The notes beneath the pieces were generated by a model. It was not told the origin of the DNA. It searched no databases and saw only the letters and a program-made list of their open reading frames with translations. A stretch of DNA of 64,000 nt. Source: Lingula anatina (lineage: Eukaryota > Animalia > Brachiopoda). The stretch covers positions 7,068,001 to 7,132,000 of the forward strand of contig CM120647.1 of assembly GCA_051362555.1 (NCBI GenBank). Direction: 5' to 3'. Below, one piece after another: positions 11,190 through 23,892 of this stretch (position 1 is its first letter; the number at the start of each line of letters is the position of its first letter). The position numbers were made by a program, and so were the translations under genes.

Positions 11190-12536
11190 ATGTGTGAGAT
11201 AATACACTGTCACCCGAGCGATATATGCCATAACACCTCGAGCGGTAGCGAGAGGTGTTCATGGCATATATCGCGAGAGGGTGACAGTGTATTATTTGAC
11301 ATACACACCGAGAAAAAATACAGTCATTTCATCCTAAAACACCCCTAAAACCGAATAAAGTGACCCTATATCACGCTCTAGAGATGTTATACGGAATAAA
11401 CTCGTCCACGCGCGCTGGTCACCTCCCGCCAAATTCTTACGTAATGTCTGACCAATTAAGTCAATTTTAGCTAAATACTTGTTGTGGACGTTCAACCGTC
11501 GACACTGACCATGCGCGTCTCAGCTGAGCCACACCTAGCTGGGACTGCTGCGGAAAAAAGGTCCTACGGCAAAACCTCTACTTTTTAGTGACATTTCTGA
11601 TAAAAAAAGGAGCATTGGACCGGAATATAGTTAAGTCAAACTAATTTTTCACAAGTGCAAAGGAGAAAGAAATTTACGTTCCGGTGATATTTCTGACAAC
11701 GAGGCAGTTTCGGAATATAGCCAAAACCGACGGATGTTTATTACAAGTTCACGGGAGTAATAATTCTAGTTTTTTATTGTTATTTCTGACGGCGAGGCGG
11801 TTACAGAATATAGTCAAGATCAAACGGATGTTTATTTCAAGTCCACAGGAGTAATAATTCTACGTTTTGGTGACATTTTTTACTACGAGGCGGTTTCGGA
11901 ATATACATGGGCTGGTTTTCAGAGCATTCATGTGCTACATGTAATTACAAGTTCAAAGGGGAAATACATTTGATTTTTACCGATATATCTGATAAAGAGG
12001 TAGAATGAACAGCTTAAAAACAAAAGGTAAATAACACAACCCTCGTTAAAAAGTTATAGATTTACAAATAATCTGTATGCACGTGTGGCTTAAATGTATA
12101 CTAATTCCCGTTTTCAAACCATACCCATATGATATGACTTATTGAAAATGATAGATAATAAGTGTTAAACGTGAAAAGTTTATGCTAATTTTTTTAAAAG
12201 TGTGAGAGATTTTAAATGTGTCTACTGGTAGGTATTTAACGCAAGCAACGTCACTATTCTCTTGATGCCAAGAATGTCACATGATCACATTGTCTTTTGG
12301 CTTTCAGTATTTAAGAGACCTCGACTGATTTAACCAAGATGTAGTCGTGAAATTCTAATCTACATCGAGGTAAAATCCGAATTTTCCGAGAGACGCTACG
12401 CAGAAATGTCGAGTGAAACGAGACATTTTTGGGTAGCGGCTCGAGGTTGCCCTCGATCTTCACTGAAGCTTGGCTAAAAGGACAGGCTTCAGTGATCAGC
12501 ATATCGCCACGGTCATATAACATCCCTAGGTATGTA
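11190..12536. mobile_element. ~1.35-kb non-autonomous element with a terminal ~115-bp hairpin (Crypton-like), copy A
   Basis: 11190-11305 is an imperfect palindrome (ATAATACACTGTCACCC..GCGATATATGCCAT..ATGGCATATATCGC..GGGTGACAGTGTATTAT). A near-identical copy is at 47297-48676. Superfamily is inferred. Confidence 0.7.
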
Positions 12537-13545
12537 TTTATAGATAATAGTAGACGGGTGTTGAAGCTAAAACACTCTTTAGAGAAAACCCCTTTGAAAA
12601 GCTAATAATAATATATTTTAAATAATATATTTATTTAAAGTCTAAAATCCATGAAATATGTTCTGTAGACTTTACAAACTGACGACGACTAGGAAACTAA
12701 AAACAAAGTTAAGATGAATTAAATTAATAATATTATGACCTAAGAGTCTGAGTTAAGATAATGATGTCCAGTTAATATTTCCGAGTTATAAATTGTTCTT
12801 TAACAAAATTTGAAATTTGAATTTGAAATTGCCTCCCTGTGTAACCTTTCTGTTTGTCATGTTTAATTATCTCTATGGGCGTTAACTTCTTTTGCAGAAG
12901 CACACTGTAATTATGAATATAAAAGTAATCATTTTGTTGCATCAGTGCCCTGTCCGGGAAGCCCTCCATAGTCACCTGAACAGTTGTTATTTACTGTCAA
13001 AGTAGTAAACGTTGTCTGATAATGCCAATTGTTTTAAGCCACATATTTCCATCACTCAACATGAATAGGTAGATTCTACATGTAACTGAATCCAGTAGAT
13101 TGTTCTGAACCACTCAAATCAGTAAAGGATAACCGTTTTGGTCAGTTACCAGTAACTGGTTTAAAACAGCCGTATAGACATATAAAGGGTTATAATTGAA
13201 GTGTTTATATCTAATTGGATATATTGTTTAAAAGTAATCGAAATGTTAATTGTTTGGACTGTTTAAAATGCCATCTGATTTTGATACAGATAGGTCCACT
13301 GGATATTTAATCAGATGCATATTGACCGAGTGAATTGTTTAATATTGAACGCATTTTCGGTTAAGTTTAATTAACTGATCAGTTTTAAAAGTGTGTATAA
13401 TGGACTCGGACGAACGAAACGGGTTCGTTAGACTTAGAGCGTATAAGATTTGAGTGCGCAAGCAAACGTAAGTGTATGTTTGCACACTCAGAGTGAGATT
13501 AAATTTTCATAAGTCTGTGTTTAATTTTTAAACTATACATTGTAG

Positions 13546-13693
13546 GATTCCAGGAACAAGTGCGCCCACCAGTTCCCAAACCCCATGGAGTGTACCGACC
13601 GCCACGGTGACCACAGACCCATGGCCTGGAAATGACTCTTCGTATTCTATCGATTTGGACTGTCACTGGCAACTGAACACCCCAATTGGAGAG
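13546..13693 (+). pseudogene. Orphan exon resembling the N-terminal part of a CUB domain
   Basis: GC-richer island bounded by TGTAG| and |GTATAT. Open frame IPGTSAPTSSQTPWSVPTATVTTDPWPGNDSSYSIDLDCHWQLNTPIGE resembles the CUB pattern SPxWP..Y....CxWxIxxPxG. Confidence 0.5.
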
Positions 13694-14346
13694 GTATATA
13701 TATATTCCTTGTGTTGTTGTGACAAATAGAACCGAATGAAATGGCTGCCATATGGTCCCTGTGCATATCAATTAATGATATTGAGACCTGCAGTTATAAT
13801 TCACAGAACTATGCTGAACAAGATATATAGGATCGATGTATTTCCTTAAAAATGATGCTACCAATATCACAATAGCATACAATACTGTGAGACCTACGTT
13901 TGTAGGTGCATCTTGATGTATCGATGTATTGTGGAAAATATTGGTAAGGATATTGTAGCATCCATGAATGGCAGTGTTAGAAGGAGAAAGCGTTTGTACT
14001 AGACGCTGGTTCTGAAAAGAAGCTTACAAAGTAAATTATCATTTGTCTCTTGGATTGCACATTTAGGGATTTTATTTGAAGTAATGTTGTCTGTTTATTC
14101 CCGATATTTGGGGTTTAAATCGTTTTAGAATTTAATAATTGTCATTTAAAAATGGACAGCTAAGCTAACATGTCCATTTTTCGCACCATAAATTTTATAG
14201 GATGACCACCCTGACATAAACTGTCATGCATTTGTCTAACATAGCACAGTGACAAACCGAGTATAGATTACCGAGGAAATTAAAAAAACATAACCCGCAC
14301 GAAAGTGCAGTAGTATCGAAGTAGCAAAGAAGCATTAACGAAGAAG

Positions 14347-14525
14347 TTAAGCATCTCAGGACCTCTCCTAGTGGAGATAAAAAGTTCTACAAAAAGCCCC
14401 ACCCCCCGAATTGCATTTGCTTTTTTTTAGAAAGAATCACCTCAAAGGTGTAAATTGTAAAGTGTTTGTTTTATTCCAGATATTATGTCTGACAGAATTA
14501 ATGGTTCAGAAAAATACAACATAGT

Positions 14526-14580
<55 letters not shown>

Positions 14581-17021
14581 GGGGGGGGGGGCAATGTGTT
14601 TAAATTTTTCCTTATCCGCTTAAATTATATTGAAATAAGCATTTCAATACGAAATAATGCTGATGCATCATTTATACAGCAGGGTGTATTTATTGAAATG
14701 AGTTTATGGCGTACTAACTGCAGCGTTTTGGGATGATATCATAATATCGCTTTCAAACAGGTCTCCTTCACATGACTAACAATATCGTTTTCGCCTATTC
14801 AATCACATCAGAAAAGACTATGCTCTGGTGGCGGGGAATATAAGAGGGAGCGTGTATTTTTCAGGTGTTTACTTTTTTATTGCACTATGCATTCAAGATA
14901 TCAAAAGTACGTTATTTTTTGTGCGAGAGGAAGTGATATTTTTTTTTTTTTTTGTGATATAAAGTCCATAATGCACTGTGTAATTTAAAAACGATCTTCA
15001 GCTTTTTTCGTCTACTGATTTTGTGATTTAGTAAGTACAACATGCAGTGAGTAAGAGCGGGGAGTGTTTAGTAGTGTAACTTAAATTGATTGACATGGTC
15101 TTATGGTATTTATACAACTGTGTTTAGTGTAAACAGGGAGAAGGCCGCTAGAGATTGCATGAGGTAGGAACAGAAATGAGTTGTATTTGCTACCTCGCGT
15201 AACATGACGAAGACAAGCCAATAACCTCGTCACAATTTCCTTACGCTGGACATAATACAACTTCGAATTAAAATATCTAAAATTAATTCTTATCAAATGT
15301 AATGAAAGTGGTCTTTATCCGTTTCTCTAAAATCTGTGAGATCATGACTCCATTTTTCATAAATCATTAAAAAGAAACTTAGGCAATGGTACACAAACAA
15401 ATAAACAAAAGCCAAAACAAAGTAAATTATTCAGCTGATATTTTATGTTGCAAAATAAATCAGGATTCAAGGGTGTCAAAACAAGTTTGCTGTTGTCATG
15501 TTTTAAGTTGATTAAAGGAAAACACGAATACATTGTTAATGACCGGTATATATTGATTTTCTAAACAGGTAACTGAATAGTGAAATCATTCGAGTTATGT
15601 GTCTTTGAATGTTATTTTTGGCCAGGCCAACAGAAATAGTTTTCGCTGTTTTGCCGTAACTGCTATGTACATGGACAAACGAGTATGAATGATTAATATG
15701 TCATGCAACAACCTCTGTATTTCTTTGAATTATAGCGTTTATATCCTGTTTCTATAAACATGAAATAGTATATATAATGTTGATTTAAGAGCATTGTTTC
15801 AAACCCAGTGTAACAACATGCAACCATGGGTGTGACAGAGCTGTGTGTTATGTGTAGCAAGACCTCATTTGCAGTGCAATATGTAGTCCTTTTCTTTCTC
15901 ATGACAGGTAGGTGTATTTTAATTTAAGTTAGATGGGAGTACTAGTATTCCGTCTGTTTACGTATGCATTATCATTATGTTTTATAAACCATAGGATAAG
16001 GTTTTGAAAACAAGTTAAATCACCAGAGTGTGTCACTTATATTTAAATCCTGCGAGGTGTTTCTTGAATCATTTTTTGGCCTTTGCTCTTCACTTATCTT
16101 CACCGGCAGGTTTTTATGGTGTAAAAGTAGTTTGTTCAAATGTTTCTTTTAATTTCCTTCAGTCTGCCATTTACAATTGAATTGATGGTATATATGCACT
16201 GTATATCCGTGTCCATAAATTAAAACAGACCCGAACAGATATCTCACATAAACTGATATATGTAAGATATTAAACTTGAACTTCATAATGCAAAAAAGTT
16301 TGAATTTAGAAATTGTTGATGACTGCTATCAGATCCACGTGTTTTTCGAATTTCTTTAGAAATTCAAATGACTTTTTATCTTCTCAAACGATATATTTGT
16401 AGTGTTCTTATATCGATATGTTGGTTGAAGTATGGTTTTGAACAGATTGACCACTAACGATTATTTTACATGCAATTCCATTTATGTGTTTTAGTATGCA
16501 GTACTTTGAAGCTAAACACTAAATCATTTATAAGACATCCCGACCGTGGATTTTACACATAAACAGTGAATAACAATGGCGGAATATATGTGAATATATG
16601 AATATATGTAGTGTCGCCGCTTTCTTCAGCCGGCATTTGAGTCACCTTAACATAATTTTCACCCATTTCTCGAACGTGTTCTTGCTTATAACCGGTCAAA
16701 TGAGCAGTTCAAGCATGTATTCGAAGGCAAATCTGATGGGTCTAAAGTGATATAGCGTGTATTGCTGGTCAAGACGAGAGCAATACCCTTAAAACCAACA
16801 CCTCTTAAAACTTTAATATAACTTATATTTCGTTATAAATCCATACAAGTTTAGCATCTCAGGACCTCTCCTAGTTGAGAAAAAACGTTATTCAAAAAGC
16901 CCCCTCAATTGCATTTGCTTTTATTTAGAAAGAATCACCTCAAAGGTGTAAATTCTACAGTGTTATTTATTCCAGATATTATGTCTGACAGAAGTAATGG
17001 CTCAGAAAAATACAAAATAGC

Positions 17022-17072
<51 letters not shown>

Positions 17073-19211
17073 TGGGGGGGGGGGTCAATGTGTTTAAATT
17101 TTCCTTATCCGCTTAAATTATATTAAAATAAACATTTCAATACGAAATAATGCTGACGCATCATTTATACAGCGGGGTGTATTTATTGAAATGAGTTTAT
17201 GGCGTACTAACTGCAGCGTTTTGAGATGATATCATAATATCAATTTCAAACAGGTCTCCTTCACATGACTAACAATATCGTTTCACCTATTCAATCACAT
17301 CAGAAAAGACTATGCTCTGGTGACGGGGAATATTGGAGGGAGCGTGTATTTTTCAGATGTTTACTTTTTATTGCACTATGCATTCAAGATATCAAAATTA
17401 CGTTATTTTTTGTGCGAGAGGAAGTGATTTTTTTTTTCTTTTGTGATATAAAGTCCTTAATGTACTGTATAATTTAAAAACGATTTTCAGCTTTTTTCAT
17501 CCACTGATTTCCTTACGCTGGACATAATACAACTTCGAATTAATATATCTAAAATTAATTCGTATCAAATGTAATGAAAGTGGTCTTTATCCGTTTCTCT
17601 AAAATTTGCGAGATAATGGCTCCATTTTTTCATAAATTATTAAAAAAAACTTAGACAATGGCACACAAACATATAAACAAAAGCCAAAACAAAGTAAATT
17701 ATTCAGTTGTTATTTTATGTTGCAAAATAAATCAGGATGCAAGGGTGTCAAAACAAGTTTGCTGTTGCCATGTTTTTAGTTGATTAAAGGAAAACGCGAA
17801 TACATTATTAATGGTTGGTATATCCTGATTATTTAGACAGGTAACTGAATAGTGAAATCACTCGAGTACCAGTAATGTGTTTTTGAATGTGATTTGTGGC
17901 CAGGCCAACATAAATAGTTATCGCTGTTTTGCCGTCACTGCTATCTACATGGACAAACGAGTATGAATCATTAATATGTCATACAACAATCTCTGTATTT
18001 CTTTGAATTATAGCGTTTATATCCTGTATCTATAAACACGAAATTAGTGTATATAGTGTTGATTTGGAAGCATTGTTTCAAACCCAGTGTAACAACATGC
18101 AACCATGGGTGTGACAGAGCTGTGTGTTATGTGTAGCAAGGCCTCATTTGCAGTGCAATATGTAGTCCTTTTCTTTCTCATGACAGGTAGGCGCATTTTA
18201 ATTTACATTTGCATTTCAATTAAAGTTAGATGGGAGTACTAGTATCCCGTCTGTTTACGTGTGCATTAGGTTTTCAATATATTTGTGTATAATAAACCAT
18301 AGGATAAGGTTTTGAAAACAAGTTAAATCACCAGAGTGTGTCACTTATATTTAAATCCTGCGAGGTGTTTCTTCAATCATTTTTTGGCCTTTGCTCTTCA
18401 CTTATCTTCACCGACAGGTTTTTATGGTGTAAAAGTAGTTTGTTCAAATGTTTCTTTTAATTTCTAACAGGCTGCCATTTGCCATTGAATTGGTGGTATA
18501 TATGCACTGTATATTTGTGTCCATAAATTAAAACAGACCCGAACAGTTATCTCACATAAACTGATATATGCAACATATAAAACTTGAACTTCATAATGCA
18601 AAAAAGGTTGAATTTTGGAATTGTTGATGACTGCTATCAGATCCACGTGTTTTCCGAATTTTCTTTTTAGAAATTCAAATGACTTTTTATCTTCTCAAAC
18701 GATATATTTGTAGTGTTCTTATATCGATATTTTGGTTGAAGTATGGTTTTGAACAGATTAACCACAATCGATTATTTTACATGCGATTCCATTTATGTGT
18801 TTTAGTATGCAGTACTTTGAAGCTAAACACTAAATCATTTATAAGACATCCCGACCGTGGATTTTACACATAAACAGTGAATAACAATGGCGGAATATAT
18901 GTTGTGTCGCCGCTTTCTTCAGTCGGCATTTGAGTCACCTTAACATAATTTTCACCCATTTCTCGAAAATTTTCTTGGTTATAACTGGTCAAATGAGCAG
19001 TTCAAACATGTATTCGAAGGCAAACCTGATGGGTCAAAAGTGATAGAGCGTGTATTGCTGGTCAAGACGAGAGCAATACCCTTAAAACCAACAGCTCTTA
19101 AAACTTTAATGTATCTTATATTTCTTTATAAATCCATACAAGTTTAGCATCTCAGGACCTCTCCTAGTGGAGATAAAACGTTATTCAAAAGCCCCCCCCC
19201 CCCCCCCCAAT
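14347..19211 (+). repeat. Macrosatellite, ~2.3-2.5-kb monomers (2 full units plus start of a third)
   Basis: Anchor AGCATCTCAGGACCTCTCCTAGT at ~14350, ~16853 and ~19146, with collinear sequence between anchors. Confidence 0.92.
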
Positions 19212-21070
19212 AGAGTGTTTTCCACGAAATCGTGTGCATGCGCAGTTCGCGCCATTTTGTGCGGGACTGTTTCTCAGGGGGCAAGAGTAGAAGGGGCCTT
19301 CATGGCTGTCACGATGTAAAGTAGATCTCTCGCTGTTCGCAATTATCTGTAATGGGTGGCCATGACAACTGCTGTGTGTATAACTGCAGCCACCGGAGAG
19401 GTAGAACAGACAATGTTTGTAGTTTTTTTTTTCCAAAGGTCAGACCTCCGAAATTGCTATGGATTAGTGCCGCTGGTCGTTCGAACATTTCATTGAAAGA
19501 TATAACTGACAACTTCAAAGTCTGTGGCTGTAACTTCCAATCCGGGAAGCCAAACAGGAAAGATAGTATTATGACTATTGATGCAGTACCATCAGCTGAT
19601 TTGCCAAAGTCACGCAAAACGGCTAAATACCTGTAGTACTTTAAGTGCGACATGGGCCGAAACGGCGGAGAGGAGTAGAAAAATTATATTGAAGAAGCTA
19701 ATCACAGCAAAATTACTTTCTTTCATCGTTTTATTTAGAAAAGTAAAACTGCGTACAAAAATATAATCATAAAGATATTTGATTTGTTCACTGCTGAGCT
19801 GTTGCATGTCTAAGTCTGCAAATAAATTACTGTACTAGTAAAGGCACTAGCATCGTGCCATCTTCCAATTAAAATTAATCGAAAAAAAGCTGCACATTAA
19901 CACCTGAGTAAAATTAAACCAACCTACATGGGAAATGTTAATTCAAAGCACCATCATCTGAGACCAAGTTATAATTAAAAACATTACTATATCACAATGT
20001 AATTAGATATCCATTGCACTGCTAAATACATAAAAAATATACAAATTGCACTTGAATCCTGCATCAACTGATCAATAAAATAAAATTCTAGTCTAAAAAG
20101 ATGAAAGTTCATTCCTGAGAACCATTTCCATTATACTGTATTCCAGTAAAACCTATATAATAGCGCCATCTGATACAACCATATTTTAAAACCTTTACTT
20201 TATCACAGTTTTATTCAATATCTATATCCATGTTAAATACACAAAAGAAAAAATATTTTTCAAAAAAAAAAAAAAAATTATCATGCAAGGATTATTATTA
20301 CAGCATGAAAATCTAAAACACTAAAGATTTTCTCAACCCAAGATCACAATGCAGAATAATATTGCACATATTCTAGTTTGGTATTAAATGCATGTATAGA
20401 ATAAAGCTTGAATTTTTAAATGAAAACAAAAATGAAAAAAATGTTTAATAGTAGCGTACACCAACTCTGTCAAAATGAATGTCTTGTAAAAACTGGTCAG
20501 TTTAGGAACCACAGATGCCCAATGAACAGCATCAAACAGAACAGATTCAATGAAGAGATCCTTCTCTGTGCACAAAACAAAATCATACACATGAATGTTG
20601 TACACAGCCATTTGACCCTGGACTTGAGTGAAGTAGGCTAGCTATGTTTCTGATTTAAATATGGCCTGTTGTTTTCGTCTAGCTTAAAACATGGCAGTTT
20701 TCTGGTGACACAGAGTGGTCCACTGAAGCTGTTACATGTAGATTTTCTGCACATATCCATCTTGAATAATAAGCTTTCAGACTTTTGAATGTCTGCACAA
20801 ATTTCTTATCGTAGGCCTATGTCCTATGAGATACGTTTTCAGTTCTTTCTTGGAAAAGTCATCAGGTACATCCGTTAAATTTCTATTCCAAGTACTCGTA
20901 TGAATGTGTTTTCGAAAAAAATCAGGTGTTATCATGTTACAAATCCTTGAAAATTCAGATCGAATCGAGCACTCGTCGATATGGTGTCCGTCATGTACAC
21001 TCCACACTTGCCCCTTGAAACTTTAAATCCCGCAAAATCTCGTGTTCTCACGGAGAATTTAGCGGAAGTC
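19212..21070 (+). mobile_element. THAP-encoding TIR DNA transposon derivative (PIF/Harbinger-ISL2EU group-like), right end deleted
   Basis: Left TIR AGAGTGTTTTCCACG follows AAT. Matches 58673-60551 but lacks the right TIR. Confidence 0.8.
19352..19636 (+). pseudogene. THAP zinc-finger ORF (truncated transposase N-terminus)
   Basis: MGGHDNCCVYNC..FFFPK..LWISAAGR..KVCGCNF..DAVPS fits the THAP C2CH pattern with conserved P/W/F and the AVP box. The His is replaced by Asn in this copy. Confidence 0.8.
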
Positions 21071-21087
21071 ATGAATGAAATTATTTT

Positions 21088-21161
<74 letters not shown>

Positions 21162-21165
21162 AAAA

Positions 21166-21250
<85 letters not shown>

Positions 21251-21480
21251 AAATATATGTAAAGCAAACAAACGTAGGCAATGGTACAAAAACAAATAAG
21301 AATGGTCTTAAATGATAATTATTTTAAAAAGTTGAAAATTATTTCATCCCGTACGTTGAAAGTAGGTCTTCAAATTAAAAAAGTATTTTGCTTAATTTAG
21401 TCGGCAAATACAAAGTCAGACTGAGTCAATTTTGCTGTCAGGGGAATAACACAATTGCTTGGTTTTATTTTATTTGCCTC

Positions 21481-21481
<1 letters not shown>

Positions 21482-21533
<52 letters not shown>
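21482..21533. repeat. (TTA)n microsatellite
   Basis: Direct reading. Counterpart at 61729-61781, another at 37558-37613. Confidence 0.95.
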
Positions 21534-21534
<1 letters not shown>

Positions 21535-21966
21535 GTCCTCTGAATCCACCATACATGTGAGAACACCTGTGTGGTTAAAAAAGAAGCCAGTCCTACATAC
21601 ATATATACGTTCAAAAGACGTTCCCTGCTGAAAACATTTGTTACCATACAACCAAGCCTGTCTTCCACCAAAAACACTGTCATGAGCAGGTGCAATCGTA
21701 TAAGGTCAAAATGACCTGGCTGGGGTGAAAATGTGGCGGTTGAACACAGTTTTCCATACATTATTGGTCATTCCATGGTGTCCCGAACAAATCGAAGGAG
21801 CGAGTATAATATCTCTTTTAATTTAAATCAACATCAAAACTGCATCAAAACTGTAACACAGGCAAGGGGCCTTATTTCTCTACTATTGAAGCCAAATCAC
21901 ATAAACCCTTTTATACCGGCAGGGGTCGTTTACACACAAAAACATTTATTCATAAAGGGCCTTTAT

Positions 21967-23600
21967 ACCATTTTACCTTTTGGCTTGAAACTTACAGAAC
22001 TGATGAATATTCATAATTTGCAGGTCAAGTTCGAAAATCAGCATGATCGGGTCACTTAGAGGGAATTTATGCTGTTTTTTCACTTTTTTCAGCATATATG
22101 CAGCACTGATAACACGATAAGTGGAAAACCATTTTACCTTTTGGCTTGAAGCTTACAGAACTGATGAATATTCATAATACGCAGGTCAAGTTCGAAAATC
22201 AGCGTGATTGGGTCATTTTTAGTTAATTTAAGCTATTTTTTCTCTTTTTTCAGCATATATGCAGCACCGATAACACGATAAGTTGAAAACCATTTTACCT
22301 TTTGGCTTGAAACTTACAGAACTGATGAATATTCATAATACGCAGGTAAAGTTCGAAAATCAGCATGATCGGGTCATTTTTCGGGAAGTAATGTTGTTTT
22401 TTTCACTTTTTTCAGCATGTATGCAACACCTTTGTGCTATATGATGGTACTGTACGGATGGCAGTCTATAAAATTGTCCCTTGGGTGATCACTTATTAAA
22501 TTAAGGTCTATAAAGTCACTTGCCTACTCATTAATTTTCAATTGGCCATTAAATGAGATTACATAAAACATTCCTTGAGATTTCCCTGTAAAGTCCCATA
22601 GGTTTAGCTCTCTTAACTGTGTCACAAAATTAGGATTTGGTGATAATTGTGCAGATAAATGGTGTTTAACATTTCAAATAAATTTACAACAAAAAGAATG
22701 TGTTATGCCAACATGCTACAGATGAATAACAGTGCTTTATTTTTCTCAAACTTGGTGGGGTTATTAATATCAAGTTAATACAACTAGATTAAAAGTTTGA
22801 ATAGCAGCTTTATTGGAATCTTTTTTACGTTTTATTTAAATTTTTTTAAAAATTATTTTTCAAACACTAGCATCTTCAAGATGTGATTTTTTAATTCCCA
22901 TCCACCAGAAGTGCTGTGCATTTTCTGTATTTTTGTGTATAATTGTTATTTCTTCAGATTTAATTCTTAGGCATGTTAACAGTCTCATTATGGAACTAAT
23001 AAGATATGTAAAAGTGTTGTTTTGACATTTTCTGCTTCTTAACAATATTGTTTGTTGATTATATAAAAATGACGGTAAACCTGTTATAATATTGTGCATT
23101 GTGTAATAAAGTATCATAAATGGAAAGGAACTCATCATTGCAGTTTCTCAGATTTAATCATTCACTATGTTCAGCATCTGCAAATGGAGCAAATTGGACA
23201 TTGAAAATTGTTCTATTGATATTTTCCCTATGTCAACAATTTTCCTAGTTGAACATTTAAAAATGACAGTATATTGATCATTTTGTTTTAAAAAAGGTGT
23301 TGAAAATGGAAAGAAAATCATTTCAGTACAGTTATTTCTTGTTTACATTTTGGCATTTTGAAAGTGTGACTCTGAACTTCCATGGCCTTGAAGACCTTCC
23401 CAAATCACATTTTCTGAATATTCATGATGCTTTTATTTTTTTAATAAAAAAATTTGATGGTCATTATGCTGTTAAGTATTATGTTTTATTGCATGAAAGT
23501 TGAAGAAAACCTTATTTTGGACACTGCTGCCAGCGATTAAGGGAAAACCATGTTACTTACGATACTGAAACTTACTGAAAAGTTTCATAAGACAGAAGTG
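21967..23600 (+). mobile_element. Helentron/DINE-like element fragment with 161-bp tandem core repeats x3
   Basis: ACCATTTTACCTTTTGGCTTGAA recurs at 21967, 22128 and 22289. The core GCAGGTCAAGTTCGAAAATCAGCATGATCGGG is shared with 40255-42497. 22960-23600 matches the reverse complement of ~41300-41920. Absent from duplication copy 2. Confidence 0.65.
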
Positions 23601-23810
23601 CGCAGCTTGTGTTTGAAAACCAGTGTGATTGTTTTCTGTTTTGGAGGCAATGCAGGTTTATAGAATGCTTCACTGGCATTTTCAAGTTGTGACTTATCAC
23701 TCCCATCTGCCAGGAGCCCTGTACTCTTACTTTGTAACATTTTCTGTATTTTGTTAAGTTACAAGAATGATTCTTAGGATTGACATACAACCAAAAAAAA
23801 TAAATAAATA

Positions 23811-23892
<82 letters not shown>

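Noticed and set aside
20420-20641. 73-aa ORF conserved at 59901-60122
   Set aside because: Conservation is explained by recent duplication. It lies inside a TE and has no recognisable motif.
20981-21295. (IY)n, poly-N/I/L/F ORFs here and at 14485, 16909, 21397, 23572, 48985 and 61522
   Set aside because: Translations of microsatellites and homopolymers.
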